From Azolla caroliniana (lineage: Eukaryota > Plantae > Polypodiophyta), in contig JBHGNT010000001.1 of the NCBI GenBank assembly GCA_043228905.1, forward strand, positions 32,612,001-32,676,000: a DNA stretch of 64,000 nt. The letters are read 5' to 3'. Below the pieces are notes generated by a model, which saw only the letters and a list, made by a program, of their open reading frames with translations, was not told the origin of the DNA and searched no databases. A program made the position numbers and the translations under genes. This document shows positions 1-12,400 of the stretch, piece by piece. Position 1 is the first letter of the stretch; every line of letters starts with the position of its first letter.

Positions 1-378
1 TGATTTTACAAATTTGACATTGTTTCAACATTCCTCATTGGCCCCATCACGAGTTCATATGCGAATTAGCTCGACATTATGAGAAGCTTAACAAATGCAA
101 CTCGATCGTTAAGGTTGTGTAGCAAAGATTAACTAGTCATGTGTTCAATCCTTGCCTTCCAGATCTCATCGGCTATGGTAATGCAACTAATGAGAGTTGA
201 ACCCCAAAGTCTAGGTTGGTAAAAATTATGGTTTAGTGTGAGCTCCACCCCAAGACAAAAGGTTTGATAAAAAGTGCGGCTTAGATTTGTGTGGTATAAT
301 CTGCCAACAAAATAAATGAAAACGAGAATAATAGCATAGACATATAAAAATGTCGTTGTGGTTATTGTAAGGTTGTAT

Positions 379-548
379 GGAGTATCGCAACAATGAGTGC
401 CTGTTTTTCTAAGTTGTTAGCAAGCAAGTAATAAATTTGTCTTAGCACCAACAAAACATACACGGAGTATCGCAACAATGAGTGCTTGCTTTTCTAAGTT
501 GTTAGCAAGCAAGTAATAAATTTGTCGTAGCACCAACAAAACATACAC
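379..548. repeat. Tandem duplication, 2 x 85 bp
   Basis: GGAGTATCGCAACAATGAGTGC...CACCAACAAAACATACAC occurs at 379-463 and again at 464-548 with only a few substitutions. Confidence 0.95.
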
Positions 549-622
549 AGAAGTTTCTAATTAAGATAAATAATGAATCTTCTATAGCCTCAAGGTGGAA
601 TTTCATACTCTAATAGTAAGAA

Positions 623-932
623 GGGAAAAGTACCAGAATACCCCTGGACGTTTGTCTATTTACCAGAATGCCCCTGGAAGTTCCAAATTTACCAAACTAC
701 CCCTATGTCCAAAAAATTACACTTTAAGTAATTATACACTCAAATATTTGGTAAATAGGGTTAGTTTGGGTCCATTTCTTCCATCTTTGGTAAATAGGTC
801 TTGTAGATTTGAGTGTATAATTACTTTATAAAGTGTAATTGTTTGGACATAAGGGTAGTTTGGTAAATTTGGAACTACCAGGGGCATTCTGGTAAATAGA
901 CAAACTTCCAAGGGTATCCTGGTACTTTTCCC
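623..932. mobile_element. Mutator-like (MULE) non-autonomous MITE, 310 bp
   Basis: It has ~120-bp terminal inverted repeats (GGGAAAAGTACCAGAATACCCCTGG... / ...CCAAGGGTATCCTGGTACTTTTCCC) and a perfect 9-bp TSD TAGTAAGAA at 614-622 and 933-941. Long TIRs starting with G plus a 9-bp TSD are diagnostic of MULEs. Confidence 0.93.
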
Positions 933-1063
933 TAGTAAGAATAAGTGTTCAGTAGGATCAAAACCACGAGCAAAAGGAAAGCGCAGAGAAGCCTTGAGAG
1001 GAAAGGAAAGGGCATAATTCGTGCGCTTAAACTTTTTTTATTTACCATGTGAGAGTCTATAGG

Positions 1064-1065
<2 letters not shown>

Positions 1066-1106
<41 letters not shown>

Positions 1107-1261
1107 GACTAACATAATTGAGCATAATGTTTCCAGCAAAGAACTTTCCGACTAAACTTTTGTTTTAAACATTACGATTCGAAAAGTTTCAGAACCTTTC
1201 TCACTCGTACATTCAAGGTTTCTGTCTAACCTACATCTGACCATCACCACCAACATTACCA

Positions 1262-1309
<48 letters not shown>

Positions 1310-1580
1310 TGAATCAATGAGAGACAATTGTCGGAGAGGTGAAGCAGTTGATTCAGAATGAGAAAATTTGATGAACCGTGATTTGCATCGGGGGGTTGAT
1401 GAGCCGGGTTATATATTGTATCGCTCTATCGTATCAACTTAAACAAACACTTCCTTAGTTACTTAGGAGGGTGTGGTTTGTGTGTTGTGTTTTAATGTGT
1501 AGTGACTTGACTCACTAGTATGTATAAATGAGGAGGGACAGTTCTATAATTTCACAGACCTTTTGAATTGAAGATGAAAC

Positions 1581-1629
<49 letters not shown>
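1066..1629. repeat. Microsatellite cluster: (CA)n ~1066-1104, (CA)n ~1263-1307, (GA)n ~1584-1629
   Basis: Directly visible dinucleotide runs. Confidence 0.95.
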
Positions 1630-1632
<3 letters not shown>

Positions 1633-2452
1633 ACAGAGAGGTCTACAGAGACAAGATATGGACTCCATTTTTTGGTTCTCGAAGGAAATGTTCCCCTTTT
1701 TGTGTGTGGATAACTGACATACCTGTCGTCGCCTTCTTCTGTTATTCTTTTCATTCTCTCTCTTTTTCCCCACAACAAAAATGAATTACACAAGGAATTA
1801 GCTTTAAAAAAAAACCCCAAAACCCCATTTTTATGTGTTCATTTATATATATATATATTTATTTTTTTATTTATTTATTTTTTCTCTAAAAGCAAAGACG
1901 AAGATGAAGCAGCAACAGAAAGAAATTGTTTTAATGGGTCTCTCTTTTACCAGATTTTTGTTTAGTTGATCGATCAGTCTCTCTTCATTCATCATATGGT
2001 GCTGCTATCTCTCTCTCTCTCATTCTTTGCGATCGTATACTCTCCCTGTTTCCACTCCTTTTTTGTATCATTCTAAACTATCTCCTGTTTTATTTGCTTG
2101 TTTTAATACTAAATTTCTCTGTTTCCAATGTGTTCATTCCTTACGATGATTCTCTGATTTTATATTTTTCCATTTACTTTTGTCATCATCATCATCCTGC
2201 CCTGCCCTGCTCTGCTCTATATTATATAATGATTGTTTCTATTCATTTTCAATAAAAACTCCATTCTCTCTTCATTTCTTTCAGCATGCTTTGTAATATC
2301 ATGTACTTTCAGAGTTTCTTTTTCTCTATCGCTTATTTTTCCTATGATGTTTCGTCTGTGCCAGACACAAATAAAGTAAATTCAGTTTTTGCTGTTACAT
2401 ATCGAATGTGGTAAAAGCTTAAACCTTTGCGTTTAGGACGTAAGGGGATGAT

Positions 2453-3065
2453 TTTAGGGGTTAAGGTATAAAAGGTTTAATATTCATAGTCTAGTTAGGA
2501 TTAGAGTTTAAGATGTATGTTGAAGAATTAGGTTTATGGGTTAGGGTTTAGGGTATAGGGTTTTGAGAACAGGGTTTCAGGTTCTTATGATGTTTCTCCT
2601 TTTCCAGACAAAACTGGTTTTCTTTGCTTCTTATAATGATTCAGGCTTTTTGTCACTGTTCTCTTTATGAAGAAGATTGCATAATCACTTTCTGTACTAG
2701 AATCAACATTTTTAGGACTTCTGAGAGAAAGAGTGAACCCGCATTTTCTTCCTCGCAAATTTTGTTATAAATAGCCACAGGTATTCTTTGGGAGGAATCA
2801 TGTATATTCTTGCAAGGAATTTTCACCTTTTTCTTATTGCGAACATCTTCTCCATACTAATCAACCTCTCATCTAGGTAAACTCTAAACCCAAATGGTAA
2901 ATGCCTAATCCTTCTCCTGAAACCGTAAATCCTTAAACCCTAAGCACTGAAACAATTATCTAAATCATTAACCCTGAACTCTTAAGTTTCTAAACTCTAA
3001 ACTCTAAATCCTGAATCTTAAACCTTAAGTTATGAACCCTAAATCCTAAATCTTTGATCCTAAAC
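2453..3065. repeat. Degenerate telomere-like (TTTAGGG/CCCTAAA) tracts in inverted arrangement
   Basis: G-strand variants at ~2453-2580 (TTAGGGTTTAGGGTATAGGGTTT) and C-strand variants at ~2880-3065 (CTAAACCC, AAACCCTAA, AACCCTAAATCCTAAA). Confidence 0.65.
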
Positions 3066-3468
3066 ATAAATCTGGGATTCACTCAAAACTGTCTAAATGC
3101 ATTGTGTTCTTAAATATTTTTCTTTGGGCAATATACTCAGCTCTTCATTTAAATAACTTTCCCATGACGCAGGACTAAACCAACAATCTAGTACTAATTT
3201 TCCTGTTGCTATTAAAGCCTAGTAAGGGAAATTAAATCTTTAATCCTAAATGCATTGTGTTCAGTCTGGAACCTTAAATCCTAAATTTTAGATCCTAAAC
3301 TTAAAGGAGGGATTCACTTGAAACTGTCTAAATGCATTGTGTTCTAAAATATTTTTCCTCGTTTCATATCCTCAGCTCTTCACGGTCATAGTTCCTACAA
3401 TGCAGGACTAATCCAAAGAATCTAGGGTTAAACCTTCTGTTGCCATTAGAGCCTAATCAGGAAAATTA
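3036..3468. repeat. Diverged tandem duplication, ~235-bp period
   Basis: The blocks GATCCTAAAC, GGGATTCACT, AAACTGTCTAAATGCATTGTGTTCT, CTCAGCTCTTCA, GCAGGACTAA and CTGTTGC recur in the same order at ~3036-3236 and ~3271-3468. Confidence 0.85.
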
Positions 3469-3715
3469 ATAACCTCACTAACAGGTACACACAAAACATT
3501 ATCTAAATTTTTTTCTTATCAGATATGTCAATCTACGAAGTCTTTAAGCCTATAAATATCTCATTATTTAGAGGCATGTATTTGTACCATGATTCATTAA
3601 TCTTGAAATTTATAGGAGTTTTATACACACCTTAAAATCCTAAAACTCAGAGGTGATTGCTGAATAATTCAGGTGCACTTTACAGTGAATTTGGATCTTA
3701 TTTTTTGGTACACTG

Positions 3716-5342
3716 ATGGGACACTTGAAGACTAAAATGGCCATTCCTTGTTATGGTTTGAGGAAGTATGATGGGGATATTCTAGAGAAGGACTTGATAG
3801 AATTCTATGAACGAGCACGAGAAGCAACAAAAGAAGCTCTCGAGGAATGCAATGCCAAATTGGCCTCATCTATACAAGCAAGTTCAGCTTGTGGTTGTTC
3901 AAGATTTTCTGATTCTATTCAACTCTCTCCATTAACATTAAAGTTTGACGATGTGGACGTTGAGAGAGAATACTCTCAGGTTTTATGCAACAAGAAAGAT
4001 TTAATATCCTTTGGTGCCAATTTTATCATTCGAATGATACTCTTGTGGCGCTTCCTTTCTTTGTTGCAAGCAAAGGATCATGTCATCCAGGTTCGGTCAT
4101 TTGTGTTTATCAGACTTTCTACCTCAAATTCGAGATTAATTTAGAAGGATGTGAAAATGTTATACTTCATAATTAAAAAGAGGGTTCACTCAGAATTAGG
4201 GTAGTGTATAGGAATCCAAATTATAATTTGGATTGTTTTCGGTCAGTAGTAAATCAATGTTTTCCTCTTCTATTTTAATGAAGGTTTGTGGTATTGTGCA
4301 TCTACCCAACATTTCTTGATTGTAGTTTAAATTATTTCTCTTATGGGTTTCTAAAGGTTAATTCATGGACAAAAAAGATAATGTTATATATCACATTGTG
4401 CTATGTACGTAATGGATTTTATGCTTTCAAAATTTTAAGGCTTCTCTTTTGCAGGAGGACTCTCTATTATTATCTCTTCACCTTTCACATTTATCAGTGA
4501 GACTTATTTCTTATCTTTGGATTGCTATCGTCTGTGTGTCAATGATTATCATTCATTTTCAACATCCAAGTTGGTAAATGATCCCCACTTTACTTTATAA
4601 ATTTGTAAATGTTCTTCTATGATCTGATTTTGCATTTAAATGTCCTTCATGATATGATGATACGTTCATTCCATAATATGATGGTATGGAAAAGTTTAGT
4701 ATCATAAATGTGTTTAAAAATAATAGCCAAACCCAAAATTAGGCTCTACATCCTCGTATGTTCTCTAAATTACATCATACACTACAAACTTTTTGTCCAT
4801 TTTATTTATATCTAATACAGGTATGTACGATATTGGAACACGGTCTTATTTGTGGCATATTCCTTGGCATATTTTGGAGAAGAGCTTGCGATTCTTTCAT
4901 CCCATTTGGTAATTTCTTGTTTTGTAGTAAATCTAGCCTTATAACTTGATTAATTATCTTGTACTTGTTTGTAGGAGCAGGCATCATCACTTGACCTCTC
5001 TCTTGTTTTGGCACAATCCATTTTTCTGAGTGTACTTTACCAAGTTCCTTTTTGGTATGTATTAACATCTTACCAACATCAAACTATAGATCTATTTCAA
5101 TCTTTGATATATTTTCCAACAGTTTACACCTGAAGACAAGGGTGGTTGGGTTTGTGCTGCAAATATTTGGCATCCTTGTGGGGGGAATCAATGTTGACAA
5201 TCAGAGAGCTATGTTATTCCTTAGCATGGGCCATAGTTTTGGTATTGTTGTAGCATACTTCCTAGATCAGCAGTCACGGATTGGTTTTCTTCGATCAGTT
5301 CCTCAATCAATGCAAAACAGAATGTTGGAAGGTTTGCATTGA
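3716..5342 (+). CDS. Uncharacterised multi-pass membrane protein, 293 aa, resembling the transmembrane anchor of class III adenylyl/guanylyl cyclases
   Basis: Exons join(3716..4090,4455..4573,4821..4908,4975..5054,5123..5342) are all GT-AG and phase-compatible, 882 nt in total. Several hydrophobic segments lie between LSPLTLKFDDVDVEREY and VAYFLDQQSRIGFL. The gene structure is solid, while the family assignment rests on motif recall only. Confidence 0.8.
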
Positions 5343-6478
5343 TGAAATTATTTCAGCCATCATCACCAAAATATCTATGTCACATTCAAGTGTTTTGTAA
5401 CATGTGCTTATCATCTTCTCTACTACAGATTCTAATATTTATTGTCTCGAATTTCCAAGAAGAGCACTTGGTGGTTTTGCGGGGGGTTTCGCAGGGGTCT
5501 CAAGCTTGAAATGCAATTCCTCTCCATCACTTTGGAGAACTAGTTGCATGTGATCACATAACCACAGACTTCATGTACTAGCAAGCTCTGGTGCAAAACA
5601 AATCACCCTTCTTGTTGTAAAAATATATACCAACGTACTAAATTTGTAAAAAAACTTTTTATTCAATAGCAGTTTGTTGCCCTTGGAATACCTCTCGATG
5701 TTACTGCTTTTTTTAATTGTGATATGTTCATAATTATCCACAAACATGTGTGTTCAATATAACTTTTGATTGTTGTAAATGAATCAATTTATGATTTGTT
5801 ATGGTTCCAAATTTGTTAGCAGATACAATACAGATAGAAGTTTCAACTTGACAACTATAAATAACTCATTCACCTATCTATTTAAGAACACGGCACAAAT
5901 ACGATAGATATCTAAAACTAGACCAACAAATTTGTACATGTACCAATTACATGGACATGAGAGAACTTTTTTTTGTAAGAAACATTTAATCATAGAACAG
6001 AAGTTGATGTGACATTTGCACAGCTCATTATATAGTAAACCCTGGTGTCTGATCCATTCAGTCATAAACCAACCACGTCATCAGTTACATTTAGCACAGC
6101 TGAATGTGGAATGAGCATGTGATCAAGAATGACCCTTGTGTTTTCTCAAAACTGCCATTGGTGCAATTGTTTGGACTGATTGATTTTTTGAGTCACAACT
6201 GTATCGCATTGACCAGTATGTTTGTCTCTGGACATAACCTTTCAACTAACTAGGTATGGAGATCATACCATTCAATAATAGAAATATTACGAGGTTAAAA
6301 GTAGGAAGGTTAAGAGCCTTCTAACTTCTGGCAGTTTAACTAAGAACCTTCTGTGATTCTCTTATTGTTTCATGCCAATACAAGTTATTTAGCTCATCAT
6401 ACCACTTCCTCTATAGATCTGTACCCACCAGAATCGTCATGTCCACCATCACAAATCACAATGTCCATTAACCCAAGT

Positions 6479-9400
6479 TTATGAAGGAAGATCTATTTGT
6501 TTGATGGGCGGCTCGACATCTCGCCTTAAAACAACATCAATAAATGATTTGACCTCTCTCTCTGAGCATAAATCAACCAATGATATCACTGCCACAATAC
6601 AATCAGCAATAGACCCTTCAGAATATTTTTGGTTTCGATGATTCGTTTTATCTGGCAAAACTTGCTGCCTTAACTGAAGATGAAGAACCTCTATGGATGT
6701 GCACGTCACAATCCTTCTGAGGTAGCACAGCAACTGAGATGAAGAACCCCTCTGATTCACAAAAAAATCCTTGAAAAGACACTCAAGAAGAACAGATGGA
6801 GGCTTATCCTCTGAAACACGTGATGATGATTCACAGATGCATATCAATTCTACTAGTATGCTTGCAATACCATGTGTCACAGCTTCAAACCAGTTTTCAC
6901 AAGTTTTCCATGGCTGTGACTGTAATAATGTTAACCATCTCCAAGTTTGCAAAATCTCCGATATCAAAAAATCACCTTGAAGGATTCCATTTCTCACAAG
7001 CATTTCCCACATTGACAGAAGGCCTGGCATTAAACCATGTCCAAAGTGATTTTCCTTCTGAAAACCAATACAACGTTTTTCAGCAAGGGTCTTCTCATCA
7101 AGGAAGGAATTTTGGGTAGACTCCTCACAGTACCTCCGAAAGAAGATCTTCCCATCTATTCCTTGCTCATGAACATAAAACTTGTGGAATGGATGTTCTT
7201 TAAACTCAAGTTTGTCCACATATTGGGAATCTACAATAGGAAGAAGGCACACACATCCATCCAATGATTCTGGACTATATCCAAAGGCTTGTAATGGAGA
7301 AAGCAAACAGAATCCTAAAGCCAAGACAATGCTTCTTTTAACCAACCCTGTCTCTATTCGGAAATTAACATCAAGATCATCACATGTGGTGGCTAAGTTC
7401 CTAAGATCAAGTGAACCTAAACATTCACTGTCAGCATTTGCGTACATCAGTGCATCAAAGCCTCCAAGTGGCAATTGGCTACATTCTGAAGAAAACAATG
7501 TTTCCATTGAGATACATGCAGCTGCTAGGTTTACACGCAATCGGTGTCTTTGGTTTTCAATTTGTAAACAATCTGAACAGAATTCTACCACTCTAGCAAA
7601 GTAACTTAGTGTTCGATCAAGATGTGAACCTGTTTGTACTGTCTTCAAAACATTATCATGTTTATTCTTCATAGCAGATTGAATATTTTCGTTCTCCTCC
7701 GTAAGGATGTGATCTTGGAGCTGGTTTCCATTCAAAGCCTTAGATATATCAACAGTCATAAGACCTTGTTCTTCATGTTCTTTCTGCTTGTTACTGTTCT
7801 TTTGCGCATTATAAAGTCTCTGCCTCCAAATTTCAACTTCTTGAGTAATACACTTCCGAACATCACAAGAGATATTTGCAAGGGTCTTTTTACATGCTGC
7901 TGATCCCGATGCATCAGCCGCAATTCCTGTAAGCCTCTGAACTTTAGAAAATCTATCAATTATATGAACCTCAATATAATAAAGCGAAAACTTCTTAAAA
8001 AGATTGGTCGGAACAAACTTGCAGCAACTCCGAGCACATAGGGACTTTCATCTGGACTGGCAAGTACAGTCAAGGCCTCAGAAACTCTCTCTCTCGTATA
8101 ATTCTTTGCATAATCCATTGCAGGAATAAGTGCTTCTTGAATAGTAGATGTTATTATCTAATAAACGGGATCATACATGTATATTAGCAATGAGGATGAG
8201 ATAAGAAAAATAAAAACTATCAAAAAATTAAACATCACATACATTTTCAACATCTGCTTCAATTTCACTTTCCTGTTGGTGATCCTCTCTGTTATCAATA
8301 CTGACGTGAAGCTTTTGAGAAAGTGATGTTTCCAATTTACACAAAGAGGCTCTTAATATAGGAGGCACACATTTCAAGGATGCTGCTCGGGCAGCATTGA
8401 CTGCAATTGTGTCAACCACAAAGTCGACTAGCCTTTGCAACTCTGGTCTTTGCTCAAAGAAAGATTGCTGTCATTCAGGTTACTCAGTTATTCCAGAGCA
8501 TTGGCATGTATGAATAATGACTACCCATTTTATAGTGTATAAATATGTTTACACAGATAATATGATACACGCATAATATGACTACAAAAATTATTAGCGG
8601 GTCGCCTTGTCAGATATATGTTCATCTATTATCTATATCTGTTGAGAGATAGCAAGCATGTAGAGACTGCTCAAGTGAAAAATGGATGTCAGGTAAGTCT
8701 CAAAAGTAAAGAAAAATTGTGACTAGAAGCACACCTGTAATTTCACTTGGATATAACTGTCTGAAGAGGGTGTCACATCTTCAACAACCAAAGAAACGCC
8801 TTGGTCAATGAACCCTGAGGATTTAGGGTGATGAACTGGTGTAATTTTCCTCAATGATTTTCCATGTAATATACTAGATTTTGAAGCACCGCTTGGTTGG
8901 CTTTCCACCTCCATGAGCATGACACGGAGCTCCTGCATATGACAAAATATCAAGTTTAAGAGAAGCACAAGAAAAAACTGAAACAAAGATAACAAAATTA
9001 TCATTATCACCATCAATGCAGGACAGCAATGTTGAATATAGCTAGTATCAACGACACCCACTATTCTATCAAGCCCACTGTTTATTTTTGCCTCAAGTGG
9101 AGAATCGTCTTGTGCATGCTTCTGAACTTTGCCAGATTCAGTTTCCTTTAGGTTAACATCGTAGGTTGGCAGATCCATGAACTCAAAAAACCTGTCTAAC
9201 GATGCCAGAATACATATGCTTGGCACCTGCATAATCTCCAAAGCATTAGATGCCAAGCCTGAACAATACTATCTTCTGCTGCTGGGTTAAAACAATACTA
9301 TAGTTCCTTTTAATTGAATTTGAGGTAAAACTTTTCTGAACAGGGCCGCAGGTGGTCTGAAGGAGATCAAACAGGGGAGGATAAGCAGGCTTTAGGTTTC

Positions 9401-12400
9401 CTTTGAATTTGGGGTTTTACCACTCCATAGGATCTTGTTTCTAGGTTCCATCTTTGTTTATGTAGAAAATGACGACATATATATATATTACATATATATT
9501 ACGAATCCGCTAAAAAATGGTCAGAAATTAGCTGTTAGAAATCTATTTAGCAGGAAATACCCAATAGAAATGAAGAAATGTGAAGAAGAAGGTTAAGACT
9601 AGATATCCTAGTAATAAGTCTATAGTAAACAGAAATCAATGTCATTTTCATTAGCCAACTTACCTAGATTCAATTCCTAGTTTTGTAACTTTAATCTAAA
9701 GAGAAACTGTAGGTAAACTGACGTAGGCAAAATGAAACCATCCTCTGGCAGTGACCGTCAGGTTAAATGTAGCCATAAATTCTTCAAAACAATGTTAAAG
9801 GTAAGAAGAATCACCCCAAAATATTCACATTTCGGGTCTAGGATAGGATAATTGTACACATTCCAAAGTGTCTTTAATGCTTTCTGGAAATGCAGAAGTG
9901 AAACTGCTTGTTGGTTGAGCTGCCATCAAAGGAAATGTGGAATAAGCTTAACACAACATGCATGTTGAAGTAGACATAAAAAGCATATAGCATTACAGGC
10001 AGATAGACTTCTTTTGTGTGAAGGAATACATCATACCTTGGCTAAACGGAGAAAATCAAGAACCCAAGGAAGGGTAAGCAACATTGTTTCATTAGATATT
10101 GCTTTCTGTATTACTTCCACCACATTTATCGGTGGATCTGTTTTGCTGAACTCCCATTCTAACCCTTCATTTTGAGGTCCCCCATCAGGGAAAAAACAGA
10201 GAAACCTGGCATCAATGATCTCATTAAGATTAAAAAATTTTAGCAGTTCACCAAATAATTTGATACAAGATAGCAAATAACACTCACCCAAGCAAGCTAG
10301 CAAGTGCTTTTAGACTGAGCACGCGTTGTGTCAATAATGAACCAATTTCAGCTGCATCTCGAGAGTGCTGTGGAATCCTAGACATGGAAGTTAGGCTGAA
10401 TTAAGCACATAGAAAATCAATTACAAGATTACCAAAGAGAGAATTCAAGCATTACTCTGTGAGTCTTGATATCTTGGATTTTAAATTCCATATCATGAGC
10501 ATTGTTAGTCGATAGCTATCTGCTGCCTCCAGTATCCATACATAGATACGCAATGAAGGAGGGAGATATGTAATGAATTCTATTCCTGCTGGGTTCACTT
10601 TCTCGGATTTCACAGTATTCTTCAAGTGTTCGGCATTTGAATTCAAAATCTTCACACCTTTAGAATCGTGGAACTTGTTAGGGTTGCTGAATGGCAAGGA
10701 TGAGTTTGAAGACCTATTTCTTTGACCCAACGTAAGCCTATCATGCAGCCTTTGCAGCTTCATGGGATCTTGTCGAGCAAGACCAGTAACCACTGGATCT
10801 GTCTCTCCACACATAGCCACCTACGAATTTGAAACTAAGAAATTGTGAATTAGTCAAAGAATTCAATTCCTACCCTCAAATGAGAGAATGTCAATCCTGT
10901 GCATCGACATCAAACCAGAGCAGTTGGTTGAGTAATGATTTATTGACTCCTCAACTCACAAGAAGCTGGAAATACAGTCATACTAAGACAAGTCTACAAG
11001 GGCCCAACCATGCAATATCTGAATTCTCATAAGTGTCTCAAAGTCTATGTTATTAGGTCTGACATGAATTCTCATTATGGATGGTTCCAAAGGAATAGAC
11101 TTTTCTAAATTCACTCACTTGGTTCAATTATTATGTTTTCAAGATTGTCAAAAATGCGGAATCATCTCCAAGGGAAGCTGTGTAAGAATCAAGACTGAAT
11201 TATTAAGTTTAAATATACAAATTATCTTCTCTACTGTGTAAAATTTAAGATTAAAAATATGTAATGCATTTCGTATATAGTATACACCATAACAGGAAAT
11301 CTTGAACATTATACAAGTGTTCTATGATGCTACTGGGATGAATGTATGTTGCATGGTGCTGAAATGCAAACCACAGAAAATGGGCAGAAATCATCCACCA
11401 AAGTCAAACATATGAACCAGTTGACAGGTTCCACCACTTAAGATTGGTTGTCTCAATGATGAATAAGAGGATCGATGCAAAACAGTGTATTAAGACTTTC
11501 AAAATGTGTTAACAAACCCCAACATTAAAAGGTAATATTCATCTCATTTATGTTTCAAGACATGTCATATGCAAGCAAGAAATATATCACCAAGTAACTA
11601 AATAGAATCAAAGAAGCATTGCTGAGGGTCAAAATGTCTGCACCCTTAAAGATGGCGCATATCATAATAAATTTTATAGTCCCCAGAATTATGAGTACTT
11701 TTCTTTCACAACGCTAAAACCTCCAATTGGGAACATGGCTCTAAGTCATTTCCATAAAACCATAAATCCAGGAAAGTAGTAGGTTTTCCTAATACACCAT
11801 TCCCAGCAGAATTTTTCTCTTTCAAATGAGAAATGATCACCTCATCTGACATATTTAATTCCAAACGAAGTTACCTGGACAAATTGCTCCAAGAACAACT
11901 CTGCAACAATTACATTCAGCATATGTGAATAAATTGAGCAAAACAGAAACTAATAGAAAAGTTGCAAAGAAAACATTTACCAGCGAACCAAGGATAATTT
12001 TCAATCACCAGGACATTCATCATAAGTTTAACACTCTCTTGCATCTTCAAATAAGATTCGTCAAGAGTGCAACCAAACGAATTCTGAACTGAGGCGGCAT
12101 CTCTTATGATTGCATAAAACTGGTCCCGACAAAGTTCTCGATTATTATATAATGTTTGTGACTCCTTTGGCAAAGATAAAACAAACAAATTCAGGGCATT
12201 GATGATACTTCTATGCAAGAAAACTTCATAATCTTTACTGATTCTTTTGACGGAAGAAAAAGAAAAGTAGACATAATAACACCAATATGAACTAACTTAC
12301 TCGACTTTTGTAGTTGTTCCTGGAGTCCCTAGCTGCTTGAAAAGGTAAAGATACAGGCATCCCAATGTCTGCAGTTTCTGAAAGAACATTGGTGGTATTA

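Noticed and set aside
595-831. 78-aa ORF
   Set aside because: It lies within the MITE inverted repeat and shows no transposase similarity.
8019-8025. Possible GC-AG intron donor (GCAAGT) in CDAN1
   Set aside because: A canonical GT donor at 8018 gives the phase needed for the 7926 acceptor and restores the conserved peptide.
9340-9510. LTR-like fragment in a CDAN1 intron
   Set aside because: No defined TG...CA ends or TSD.
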